Positions 49,686-61,484 are shown, counted from the stretch's first letter. The stretch is DNA of 64,000 bases from Okamejei kenojei (GCA_035221665.1 CM069133.1:51584001-51648000); one strand, 5' to 3'. Notes: generated from the letters alone by a model not told the origin. Numbers and translations: made by a program.

Positions 49686-50746
49686 ATACCTGTGAAAAGT
49701 AATCAAAAAGACCCATTGACAATTAACTATGCAGTTATATCGCCTGCCCACAGGCAATATAGCTGAAGCAAAAATAGATTTTTATCATCCTGTAACAAAC
49801 ACATTTATCTACTTGGGAAGTAATGCATATACAGGCCAAGTTTATTTAACTTCTTTCAACATGCCAGTTGTATAATTCTTATGCATCAGAAAAATTCCCC
49901 CACGAATCATGACTAAATAGACATTTAAACATGACAAAAATCAAGGTGCCATGGTTAAAACTTCAGCCATGCAGCACCTTACGGTGAATCATAATTGCAG
50001 AGTTTAAAATTCCAAGCGCAGTTACCTAGGCCAGCTTCCAGTTTTCCCCGCAGAAAGGGTTCAGCCTACCTTGCACAAATCCCCAACAGCAGCTGCTAAC
50101 AATGATGTAATTCAAGCTGCATTTTTCCACAGAATTAACTGAGATAAGAATAGCGTGTAAGGATAACTACACTATTAAAAATTACTTGAAACTATTGCTT
50201 AACCACTGAAGTGAAATAGCATTCCATTGGTGTGGAGGTGGTGGAGGGGGTTGAGCTAAGCAAATGAGATTAATACACAACACTGGATTTCTTTGTGAAA
50301 CCATTTTAGTCCAGTACTTAAAATGCGTTGCATTGAATGCTGGTTTGAAACAATAGCTTATCAACATGAACTTGATCTAGATAGGATATTCTTATAAATA
50401 TATGTGGCACAGTTGCATGCCCTGTTAAATTAAATCTCCAAATCATTTCCTTTGCCGAGGCAAAAAATAAATAAAAGCAGCATCTGTTACCATAAGCGAC
50501 GACACCAATGGTATCACTAACTGACCAGCGTAATCTTTTGGGACTAAACCATTCTTCCAAAAAAATGGGAATAACTAGAAAAAGCAAAATGAAGTAACAC
50601 AATCTCAATTCTGCCTGCAGGATTCAATTCTGTGCCAGTACAAGGGAAAGGATTTGAAAAGAGGACAGATTTTATTCAAAAATATACATATCCTACCTGC
50701 CAAGAATCATTCACTCATTTGCAAATAGAGTTGAATTAAAACTCAC

Positions 50747-50828
50747 CTTTCCTGGGCATTTCTTGCATAGGAATGCAGTCGCCACCGCCACCATCATAAG
50801 GTAAGTATGGGTCAGAAGGCATATCCAT
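50747..50828 (-). CDS. CLCN3: CLCN3 alternative first coding exon (ClC-3c-type N-terminus)
   Basis: The minus strand reads ATG...MDMPSDPYLPYDGGGGDCIPMQEMPRK+G followed by the donor gtgagt (50746-50741). This closely resembles the mammalian ClC-3c N-terminus as I recall it (MDASSDPYLPYDGGGDxIPLRELHKR). Its phase-1 end (G) joins the GA at the start of exon 9087-9244 to give Gly. Confidence 0.9.
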
Positions 50829-50882
50829 GAGAATTTGCTGCACTGAAAGTATGCTGCACCGAAAGTCTACCACACTATTCTC

Positions 50883-50909
50883 TCAATCTGCAGTCAGCAG
50901 AGCTGCCAT
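50883..50909 (-). other. upstream ORF (MAALLTAD*) in the putative 5' leader of the ClC-3c-type exon
   Basis: Sequence aacATGGCAGCTCTGCTGACTGCAGATTGA, with A at -3 and G at +4. It lies 81 nt upstream of, and in frame with, the main ATG at 50828. It is only a uORF if transcription starts upstream of 50909. Confidence 0.5.
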
Positions 50910-51060
50910 GTTAGCTCACGAAAACAGGCTGTGTGCGAGTGCAGCAGCTTGGATCCTGCGATAGGCTATGATGTAAGCAACAGGAAATTGCTCCTGTCAC
51001 GTTGCCACTGGTTACTAGTCCACTGATCCCAGAAGCTTAGCAGCAGAGTAAATGCATCGT
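50910..51060 (-). promoter_or_regulatory. putative alternative promoter of the CLCN3 c-type first exon
   Basis: Repeat-free sequence just upstream of a first coding exon. It contains an RFX X-box match (minus strand GTAACC-AGT-GGCAAC, 51001-51015), an ETS-like CAGGAAAT and a GTCACG half site. Motif-level evidence only. Confidence 0.35.
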
Positions 51061-52075
51061 CATCTAATATTTCTGAAGGTGACAGTACTAATTTTCACAT
51101 ATAACACTAACCAAAATGTAGGTAACCTACTGTGCTCTTTTGTCAAAGAGAAAACTTATATATAATGCATAATGGCATTTTGTTCAGCTTAAATTTTCAT
51201 TACAATGCTTATTTCCTTTGAACATAAGGAAAGGAGGCGATAACTGGGGAAAAGCAAGGTAGCCAAATAATGAAAAAGAAAGTAACATGTAATTGGTACA
51301 TTTTTAACATGCCTCAATATCTCAGGTCTCTTATTTAAAGAATGACAAAACAAATCCATATTATCAAGGCACATAACAAAGTAAGAAAATCTCACTATAA
51401 ATGGTTAATTGATTTAGTGACATTGATTGAGCCAGTGCACCAGAGGAACTTGCGGCTCTTCATCAAAAATATAACTGGAACTTCATCAACAACTGAGAAA
51501 TAGTCTAATCCCAAGGACAGCAACTTAATGGTGCATTCCTGCACGAGAAAGTCCATAAGCAGAACTAAAGCCTCTGCCTTTGGAGGAAGGCTGTTATCAG
51601 GTAGATGCATGTTAAAAAGTTCATGGGGGAGATGACATTATAATATTAAACTACAATGAAAAACTGTAAACTTTAGCGTTTGGAGAGTGGAAGGTAATCT
51701 CCGAATGAGGATGGTGGGGAGAGAAGTAGAAAAAGAATAAAAACTGTTATTGGAATGGCATTGGAAATTATTCAGGCAAAAGAAGATTTATAAAAACCTC
51801 AAATTGAAAGAGTCTGCCCAATATTAGAAAAGTTAATTCCTAGAAGGGAGTGACAACCTAGTGGTTATGGGGAGGAGTGACAAAGATAAGTGTTCTACAA
51901 TGCCATCCATTGTTATCATGACAAACAGCAGAAAGATTACCAGCAGATCCACCCTGTAAACGGTCAATCTACATCACTAACATGAGAAGGAAACAGAAAT
52001 TCCTGACATCTGCAGCTCTCAAGCTGTTGTTACCGGGAAGACTTTACAAGAGAACCAGACACTATTCACCCTAAA

Positions 52076-52955
52076 CTTTTTTTTAAATTATTATTTATTT
52101 TTGTTAGAAGTAAATACAGTAATGTGGTACCTAAGTACCTGATGCATACAGACATATCACAATTCTTGTACAACTTCTTATTTTTAATTTAATAATAAAA
52201 GAACAATGATAGAAAGAAGAAAATAGAGAGTGTCGGAGGAAATGGTGATGGTGCTAGTTCGTGATATAATAAGAAAAGCCCGAAAAAGAGATAGATAGAC
52301 AAGAGAGTAGAAATGAATAGCGAGAGAGACAGAAAGAAGAACGAAGAAGCTAGTGAGAAAAAAAGGAAAAGAAATTAAGAGAGATATACCTATTTAATAT
52401 CTTTACCCACCCGTCACCCGGTTCTGAACCATTTAATTTCTAAGGTTATGTTGCACCATATGCTTGTAAGAAGTCAATAAAAGGAGACCAAATCTTTAAG
52501 AATTGGTCTACTTTGCCTAATAGGAGGAATCTCATTTCTTCAAGATGTAACATTTCCGACATATTTGAAATCCACATTTTAAACGTTGGCGTGGATGCGT
52601 TTTTCCAAAATTTAAGTATGTTTTTTTGCTGTTATTAAACCATAATTAAAGAGAGATTCTTGGAACGTAGTTAGCTTACGTCCATCTTACATTGATCCGA
52701 AGATAATCAGTTCTATATTGGGGTTCAATTTTATGTTAAATAGTTTTGTAAAAGTTCCAAAGATTTCGTTCCAAAATTTGTGAAGTTTTGTACAGGAGAC
52801 TAAGGAATGTGCTATAGTGGCATTTTGAGTTAGACATTTGTCACAAATGGGGGAAACGTTTGGAAATATTTTGTTCAGTCTAGTTTTCGAGTAATATAAT
52901 CTATGTAAAATTTTAAATCGAATTAAGTTATGCCTTACATTAGTCGATAAACATT
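52076..52955 (-). mobile_element. L1-clade LINE 3' fragment
   Basis: RHNLIRFKILHRLYYSK...CDKC...AH.L.SC (C-terminal zinc-binding region), a pyrimidine-rich 3' UTR and a poly(A) tail. Confidence 0.85.
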
Positions 52956-53380
52956 TTTTATAACAAAGAAAAACTGCAGCTGGGAATCCAAAATAAAACA
53001 GAAAATGCAAGAAAGCTTCAGTGGATCATGCAGGCACATCTGCGGAGAGAGAGTAAAAACAAGAGGTAACATTTTAAGTCAATGATTTTTCATCAGAACT
53101 CTTGAAAAGCCATCAACCTAAACTGACAACTCAATTTTTCTCTCCACATTATTTATTTATTCATTATTATTGCTCACAGAATATGGATATCATTGCCAAG
53201 CCTGGCATATTTTTTATTAATTCCTAGTTTTCCTTAACCGAGGATGTAAGTAGAAGGCAAGTTGTTGGAGGGAGATTCTTACGGATAGGATCTGTCAGTA
53301 TTTGGATAAGCATAGACCGATTAGAGATAGTTAGACTTTGGCTTCTGAGAAATCATGGCTCACGACCCTGATAGTATGTT

Positions 53381-54240
53381 TTGAAGATAGACAAAAATGC
53401 TGGAGAAACTCAGCGGGTGAGGTAGCATCTATGGAGCGAAGGAATAGGCGACGTATCGGGTCGAGACCCTTCTTCAGTCTGATGTTGGGGGGGCGGGGGG
53501 CAGGAAAAAGAAAGGTAGAGCCGGAGACAGTAGGCTGTGGGAGAGCTGGGAAGGGGAGGGAGGGAGAAAGCAAGGACTACCTGAAATTGGAGAAGTCAAT
53601 GTTCATACGGCTGGGGTATAAACTACCCAAGCGAAATATGAGGTGCTGCTCCTCCAATTTGCGGTGGGACTCACTCTGGCCATGGAGGAGGCCCAGGACA
53701 GAAAGATCGGATTCGGAATGGAAGGGGGAGTTGAAGTGCTGAGCCACCAGGAGATCAGGTTGGTTATTGCGAAATGAGCAGAGGTGTTGGGCGAAGTGAT
53801 CACCAAGCCCGCGAGTGGTCTCACCGATGTAGAGCAGTTGATACTTGGAACAGCAGATGCAATAGATGAGATTGGAGGAGGTGCAGGTGAACCTCTGCCT
53901 CACCTGGAAAGACTGCTTGGGTCCTTGGATGGAGTCGAGGGGGGAAGGTAAAGCTACAAGTGTAGCATTTCCTGCAGTTGCAAGAGAAAGTACCAGGGGA
54001 GGGGGTGGTTTGGGTGGGAAGGGACGAATTGACCAGGGAGTTACAGAGGGAACGGTCTCTGCGGAAAGCAGAAAGGGGAGGAGATGGGAAGATGTGGCCA
54101 GTGGTGCAATCCCGTTGGGGGTGACGAAAATGTCCGAGGATTATGTGTTGTATGCGACGGCTGGTAGGGTGGAAGGTGAGGACAAGGGGGACTCTGTCCT
54201 TGTTACGAGTGTGGGGATGGGGAGTGAGAGTGGAGCTAAG
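53381..54240 (-). mobile_element. Penelope-like element 3' part (GIY-YIG endonuclease and terminal repeat); continues at 56612-56840
   Basis: Encodes QRFTCTSSNLIYCICCSKYQLLYIGET...HFN...[14 protein letters not shown]. Colinear with 17563-17930 once the CR1 insert is removed. Confidence 0.92.
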
Positions 54241-56611
54241 TGGAGTGCAGTCAGAAACGGGTGAATTGATCATGGGGAACAAGGACATGGCAGACCAATT
54301 GAATAATTACTTTGGTTCTGTCTTCACTAAGGAAGACATAAATAATTTGCCGGAAATAGCAGGGGATCGCGGGTCAAATGAGATGGAGGAACTGAGTGAA
54401 ATCCAGGTTAGCCGGAAAGTGGTGTTAGGTAAATTGAATGGATTAAAGGCCGATAAATCCCCAGGGCCAGATAGGCTGCATCCCAGGGTACTTAAGGAAG
54501 TAGCCCCAGAAATAGCAGATGCCTTAGTGATAATTTTTCAAAACTCTTTAGATTCTGGAGTAGTTCCTGAGGATTGGAGGGTAGCTAATGTAACCCTACT
54601 TTTTAAAAAGGCAGGGAGAGAGAAAACGGGGAATTACAGACCAGTTAATCTAACATCGGTAGTGGGGAAACTGCTAGAGTCAGTTATTAAAGATGGGATA
54701 GCAGCGCATTTGGAAAGTGGTGAAATCATTGGATAAAGTCAGCATGGATTTACGAAGGATAAATCAAGTCTGACGAATCTTATTGAATTTTTTGAGGATG
54801 TAACTATTAGAGTGGATAAGGGAGAAGCAGTGGATGTGTTATATCTGGACTTTCAGAAGGCTTTCGACAAGGTCCCATACAAGAGATTGGTATACAAACT
54901 TAAAGCACACGGTATTGGTGGTTCAGTATTGATGTGGATAGAGAACTGGCTGGCAGACAGGAAGCAAAGAGTAGGAGTGAACGGGGGTTACACAAAAAGC
55001 TGGAGAAACTCAGCGGGTGCAGCAGCATTTAAGGAGCGAAGGAGATAGGCGACGTTTCGGGTCGAGACCCTTCTTCAGACTGGTCAGGCATCAGGGAAAC
55101 GAGAGATATAGACGGTGATGTGGAGAGATAAAGAACAATGAATGAAAGATATGCAAAAAAGTATCGATGATAAAGGGAACAAGCCATTGTAAGCTGTTTG
55201 TAGTGTGAAAATGAGAAGTTAGTGCGACTAGGGTGGGGGAGGGAGATAGAGATAGAGGGAATGCCAGGGCCCGAGGGCTGAGGGAGAGGTGGAAAGGGGA
55301 GGAGACAGCAAGGGTTAACAGAATTGAGAAAATTCAATGTTCAAGCCCAAGGGATGCAGACTCCCCAAGCGGAATATGAGGTGCTGTTCTTTCAACTTGC
55401 GGTGTTGCTCACTCTGGCCGTAGAGGAGGCCCAGGACCGAGAGGTCGGATACGGAATGGGAGGGGGAGTTGAAGTGCTGAGCCACCGGGAGGTCGGGTTG
55501 GTTTTTGCGGACCGAGCGGAGGTGTTCGGCAAAACGATCGCCAAGCCTCCGCTTGGAGTGAACGGGTCCTTTTCAGGATGGCAGGCAGTGATTAGTGGGG
55601 TGCCGCAAGGCTCAGTTCTGGGATCCCAGATATTTACAATATACATTAATGATTTGGACGAGGGAATTAAATGCAACATCTCGAAGTTTGCGGATGACAC
55701 AAAGCTGGGGGGCAGTGTTAGCTGTGAGGAGGATGCTAGGAGGCTGCAGGATGACTTGGATAGACTGGGCAAATGCATGGCGGATGCAGTATAATGTGGA
55801 TAAATGTGAGGTTATCCACTTTGGTGGCAAAAACAGGAAGGTAGACTATTATTTGAATGGTAAATTAGGAAAAGGGGAGATGCAGCGAGACCTGGGTGTC
55901 ATGGTACACCAGTCATTGAAAGTTGGCAAGCAGGTGCAGCAGGCTGTGAAGAAAGCGAATGGTATGTTGGCATTCATAGCAAAAGGATTTGAGTACAAAT
56001 GCAGGGAGGTTCTACTGCAGTTGTACAGGGTCTTGGTGAGGCCACACCTGGAGTATTGCGCACAGTTTTGGTCTCCTAATATGAGGAAAGACATTCTTGC
56101 CATAGAGGGAGTACAGAGAAGGTTCACCAGACTGATTCCTGGGATGACACAACTTCCATATGAAGAAAGACTGGATAGACTCGGCTTGTACTCGCTGGAA
56201 TTTAGAAGATTGAGGGGTGATCTCATTGAGACTTACAAAATTCTTAAGGGGTTGGACAGGCAAGATGCAGGAAGATTGTTCCCGATGTTGGTCCAGGACA
56301 AGGGGTCACAGTTTAAGGATAAGGGAGAAGTCTTTTAGGACCGAGATGAGAAAATCGTTTTTCACACAGAGAGTGGTGAATCTGTGGAATTCTCTGCCAC
56401 AGAAGGTAGTTGAGGCCAGTTCGTTGGCCATATTTAAGAGGGAGTTAGATGTGGCCCTTGTGGCTGAAGGGATCACATCTGAAGAGGTATGGAGAGAAGG
56501 CAGGTACAGGATACTGAGTTGGATGATCAGCCATGATCATATTGAATGGCGATGCTGGCTCGAAGGGCCGAATGGCCTGCTCCTGCACCTAGTTTCTATG
56601 TTTCTTTGTTT
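54241..56611 (+). mobile_element. CR1 LINE inserted into the Penelope element
   Basis: Motifs [29 protein letters not shown] and FADD; (GTTTCTAT)-like tail; CTAAG duplicated at 54236-54240 and 56612-56616. Confidence 0.93.
54986..55554 (-). mobile_element. young Penelope-like 3' fragment inserted into the CR1
   Basis: 12-bp TSD ggagtgaacggg (54974-54985 and 55555-55566), endonuclease remnant, and an intact hammerhead motif at 55051-55078. Confidence 0.92.
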
Positions 56612-56840
56612 CTAAGGGATATAGAGGAGACCCTGAAGATAGCCTCATCTATAGTCAAAGAGTTGAACCCCCATTCCCTAAAGAATGAAGACATCTCCGA
56701 TGCCCTGGTTTGGAACACCTGGATGCAGATGTGGCGTAGAAGGAGGAATTTGGAGTAGGGGGATATAGTCCTTACAGGAAGCAGGGTGGGAAGAAGTGTA
56801 GTCCAGATAGTCAAGGGAGTCAGTGGGTTTATAGCAGTTG
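56612..56840 (-). mobile_element. continuation of the interrupted Penelope-like element
   Basis: Encodes FQTRASEMSSFFREWGF; matches 17700-17930. Confidence 0.85.
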
Positions 56841-56859
56841 TGTGTTGAAGAGATCACTA

Positions 56860-57980
56860 AGGGGATTGGTGTGGACAGGGAAGTGGACATTACCAATATC
56901 AACTTCAGTAAGACCTTTGATAAGGTCCTGCACCGCAGGCTGGTCTGGAAGGTTAGATCACATAGAGGCTAATGTGAGCTAGTCAAATGGATCCAAAATT
57001 GGCTTGGAGAAAGGAACCAAAGGGAGTAGTGAAGGGTTGCTCTTCTGAAAGGAGGACTCGTGCTGGGTTGGTGCTGGGCCCACAGTGGTTTGTTACCTAC
57101 TTGAATGATTTTGATGACACTGTAGTTCACATAGTATTTTTGAAGATTACATAAACATTTGTGGTTTAATGGACAGTAAAGAAGGATATCTAAGTTTACA
57201 TAAGGATATATAGAGCAGTTGGGAAGCTGGGTCAAGGAGTGGCAAATGGAACTTAAACCCGACCAGTGCCGTTGCCCTTTGATATGTCAAACCCAGACAG
57301 GACTTGCACAATAAATGGTAGCGTCCTGGAGAGAGTTACAGAATAGAAAAAATTGAGATTACAGGTGCACAGTTCCCTGAGTGAGTCAGATGGGCAGGAT
57401 GAAGATAGCATTTTTCACGCTTGCCATGATTGGGAAGGGTATTGTGTGCAAATGTTGGGACATCATGCGTTTGCACAAATTGTTGATGAAACCGTACTTG
57501 GGAGTAATGTATACAGTTCTGGTCGTCCAGCTGTACAAAGGATGTCATTATATTGGAAAAAGTGTGAAAGAAATTAACCAGGATGTTTCCTGGACGTGGG
57601 TTAGCTGGGAGAGGCTGGATAGACTGGGACTTTATTCTTTGATTGAAGGACCTTATCGAGGTGTACAAGGTTACAAAGGACACAGGTAAAGTGAACATTC
57701 AGTCTTTTCCCCCCATGTAGAGCACTAAAATTTGAGGGTATAGGCTTATTGTAAGAGGGGAGAGAGCTCTCAGTGACACTTATTCCAGTCAGAGGGTAGT
57801 CTGTATCTGAAATGTGACTGCCAAAGAATGCTATAGAAGAGAATACAAATGTGACTTTCAAAAGGCTTTTGCACAAATATATAGATATGAAGGGTTTAGA
57901 GTGATATGAGCAAAATGGGACTAGCCAAATATGTCACATTGATCGACATATATCCATGCTGTATAACTCCATGACTCTAA
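56860..57980 (+). mobile_element. old CR1 RT and 3' fragment
   Basis: Degenerate FSK.FDKV and VLGP motifs, followed by a CR1-like 3' end. Confidence 0.7.
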
Positions 57981-58102
57981 GTACTTAAGAGTCAACCACA
58001 GCAGTGGGTCTGGGGTTGCATAAGGTTAGATTGGTTAAGACTTTCAGATTTCAGGTTGGGAAACACAAGTGAAACGACTGGGTTATTTTTAACAATACTG
58101 CG

Positions 58103-58190
58103 ATGGGACTAGGGGAAAACAAATGGTCGGCACGGACTGGAAGGGCTGAGTGGGCCTGTTTCCGTGCTGTAATTGTTATATGGTTATATG
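58103..58190 (+). mobile_element. tail-only copy of the young CR1 family
   Basis: Near-identical to 42368-42456. Confidence 0.85.
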
Positions 58191-58540
58191 TAATTCCAGT
58201 TACCATTAAATAGACTAGCATTTTATTAAGTTTCAGCCTTTTATTTAACTACTTGAATTTAAAATTCCCCAGATGCAATGATGGGATGTTTCTGAATCAG
58301 CCAAACACAGCTCTGGATTTAATTTGATTATTGAACCACCTTATCCTTGCACATCAGTTCAATTCAAAATCCGACTAAACTGCTTCAGATTGCAGTAAAC
58401 TCCATTAAAATTCAAGTCCTGTTGCAAGTATACAAACTAGTCCACAGAATACTAAAATGTTTAAAAACAATGAGTCTATTATGGTACCACCTACACAATC
58501 ATATAATCATTGCCAAAATTAAAGCAAAATAACAAGCAAA

Positions 58541-58846
58541 GGGCTGCACAGTGGCACAGTAGTAGAGCTGCTGCCTCACAGCGCTGGAGACCCAGGTTCG
58601 ATCCTGACTACTGACTGCGAGTGCTATCTGTGTAAAGTTTACACATTCTCTTTGTGAACGCGTGCTTTTCTTCCGGTGCTGCACCCTTCATCCACATTCC
58701 AAAGACATGCAGGTTTGCTCTCAAAATTACCTCTCTAAATTGCCCCTCATGGGAAATTGCCCCTAGCAAAAGTGGGATGTACTGGTGACCGATGGACTTG
58801 GTGGGCCGAAGTGCCTGTTTCCACGCTGTATCTTTAAAATTAAAAT
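58541..58846 (+). mobile_element. tRNA-derived V-SINE (HE1-like)
   Basis: Head with ggttcgatcc box B, central domain and gcctgtttccacgctgtatct tail. Confidence 0.8.
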
Positions 58847-59414
58847 AGGAATGTAAAACAACAAGACAAATTTTCATCATGCACACCCAATTCTAATATG
58901 AATCAAAAATCTCATGATCATGTAGCATAAACAGCCATGACTAACAATGTCTAAAATGGCTAAACACAATAAAACAAGAGCAAACAAAGACAAGCAACTA
59001 TAGCAATTTCCAGTTAAAACTACGACTTACAATGACCTCCCTTTCATTCACCTGCTTGGACAAGCAAGGCAGAGCAATAAACCACAGACATTCTTTAAAC
59101 CGGTGAAAAGAGCAAGTCATTTGTTATTTCAAGTTTAAATTTTAGCTCCAATAAATTTAATGCTACTTCCAAAAATTATTTAATATATGGAGAACTTTCC
59201 TTTGCTTTTTCTTAAGGTTAACGGCCGAGGAAACATTTTACATGATCTTAAGTTGTACTTTCTTGTTTCTTTGAGGAGAAAAAGAACAGACAAAATAATT
59301 CTTGGAATACTGTATTTCTGATGGGCCCAACATTTATTGCTCTTTCCCTGATGTACAACTCAGTGCCTGTTAGTGCAAAATTTTATAGGAAGCGTGTAAA
59401 AACAACCTCAATGG

Positions 59415-60110
59415 TTTCTTTATTGTCAACTGTACCAGGTACTGTGAAATACATTATTTGCATACAGCTCAGCAAGACTATCCCTGTACATAAGCACAAT
59501 TGCTCCGGTCAGTGCAGAACAGCCCACGGAGTCCAGATGCAAAGGCGCTATTTTACAGTCCCAGTTGCAGCTGGCCACAAAGGACTGTTGCTGTCATCGC
59601 CTCCATTTTGGTCATCCTGCGAACCAACGTCCCTCTCCACACCTGACCCTCTTCAGCCCTTGTTCCCTGGGGAGCGCATCCTGCAGCCGAACTCAAGGGT
59701 GCACAAGGTAAGACCCCCCTCCCCCCCCCCCCTTTACTCACTGCGTCCCTTATCCAGTGTCCGCCGCCGCAACTGTTTACTTCCATCTCCTCTCCCATTC
59801 CTGGTCCATGGATGAGCAGGGGCCGGGTTTGGCATCCTTCCATCTCCGGGCTAGCCCAGCCTGCGGTTGAGATACCGCCGCAGTTCACCGGGCCACCGAG
59901 TCAAGCCCCAGGCCGCAGCAAGGTCTCCAAAGGCCCACTCCACCATCGAGGCACTCGCTCTGTCTCCCGCCACCGGTCCACTAACCGGCCCTCGGTCCAA
60001 CGCCCTTCCCTCCGATCCAAAGGGCGAGCAGAAGTCAGGCTCGGTGGCAACATCTCCGGGCTGGTTATTGTTACTGCAGCAGTGAGCCAGGCCTGTTGTC
60101 AGGCATGACC
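59415..60110 (-). mobile_element. unclassified GC-rich SINE-like element
   Basis: CpG-rich body with a LINE-type tail (tttcacagtacctggtacagttgacaataaa on the minus strand). Confidence 0.35.
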
Positions 60111-60527
60111 ATGGACTGTCAGTTGCGACATTATGTCAAGTGGCTCATAGCAAATGGAGTTACACAAAGGTAAAACCATGTAATGGCAGCAGGTTTCAAA
60201 AAGCAAGGAGAATTCGCTTTATTTTAAGTATTCAACAACTTCATTATTACTTATGCTGACGCCGATATTTTATCGCCACATCTTGTTGAGAAGCCAAATT
60301 TCTCCCAACTCTCAAACCCTAATTCTAAGTTACTAACTTTGTAACATGGCTGCCCTTTGTACTATTGTTATGTGCACTCCACTCCTCTTCACTAATTTGT
60401 GTCTTGTAGAGAAGGGCAAAACTTTCTCCTGATTTCTGTAATCCATGGAGGAATATATAACATAATTTATCATTCATAATTTAGATTCATCTTAAAATAG
60501 ACCCAAAGGTGGCAATTTGATATTGGT

Positions 60528-60622
60528 GGTTACACAAAAAGCTGGAGAAACTCAGCGGGTGCAGCAGCATCTAAGGAGCGAAGGAGATAGGCGACGTTTC
60601 GGGTCGAGACCCTTCTTCAGAC
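60528..60622 (-). mobile_element. short PLE-terminal unit with hammerhead motif (95 bp), 16-bp TSD
   Basis: Flanked by gcaatttgatattggt at 60512-60527 and 60623-60638. Confidence 0.92.
60593..60620 (-). ncRNA. minimal type I hammerhead ribozyme motif (identical copies at 22975-23002, 35409-35436, 55051-55078)
   Basis: CUGAAGA-A-GGGU(CUCG)ACCC-GAAA-CG-UC: conserved core boxes, a 4-5 bp stem II and a palindromic ACGU stem III like the dimer-active PLE hammerheads. Stem I is only ~2 bp, so activity is unproven. Confidence 0.7.
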
Positions 60623-61484
60623 GCAATTTGATATTGGTACTGGTTTATTATTGTCACATGCACCGAGGTACAGTGAGAAGCTTTGTTTGCATGCTATCTA
60701 ATAAACTAATACTATAGATGAGTACAATCAAACCATACACAAATGTAACAGGTAATTCTGAGAAAAATATCAACGTGCAGAATAAAGTGTTACAGCATTT
60801 TAGCACGACAGTTAGAGAAAAGGTGCAGGGTCTGCAATTAGGTAGGTTGGAAAATCGGGACCACACCCTAGTTTATGGACGAACTGTTCGGTAATCTGAT
60901 CGTAATGTGGAAGAACCAGTTACCAAATCTGGTTTCAATTTCGTATTGCAGTTGCTCCAAGGATTGTTAAGATAGTTAAGAGTAACAAGTTTTCCATTAA
61001 ATGGCATAAACCGCAACTGTAATTTGTATTTAAATACTACCTTTACTATTGTACATAGGTGTTTTGCAAAAGTGTAACAAATCAATATTTCTATTCTGAA
61101 TCATGAGAAGATTTTGGAAAGACAGTGGATAGATATACAGGCAATGGAGGGATATTGCTTATTTGTAGGCAGATAAAGGTTTGTCTTGGCACCATATTCG
61201 GCCTATTCCTGTACTGTTCTACGTTCTATTTCTAGATGTCAATTTAATCTGTTATTAATTAAATGAAGATTTTGCTGATGATACAAAGATGGGTGGAAAA
61301 TTAAATGGTGAAAGGACACAAAATTAGAGCAGGCTATGGATTAATTGGGAAAGCAGAATGAGTGCCAGATAGACTATGGAGTGATGCATTTTGGGGAGTT
61401 AAATCAGGTCCGGGAATACACAACAAAATATAGGGCCCCAAAGAATGCTATTAAACAGAGGTACAAATACATGATACCCATAAA

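Noticed and set aside
50883-50885. selenocysteine recoding of the in-frame TGA
   Set aside because: No SECIS can be assessed in this window and ClC proteins are not known selenoproteins.
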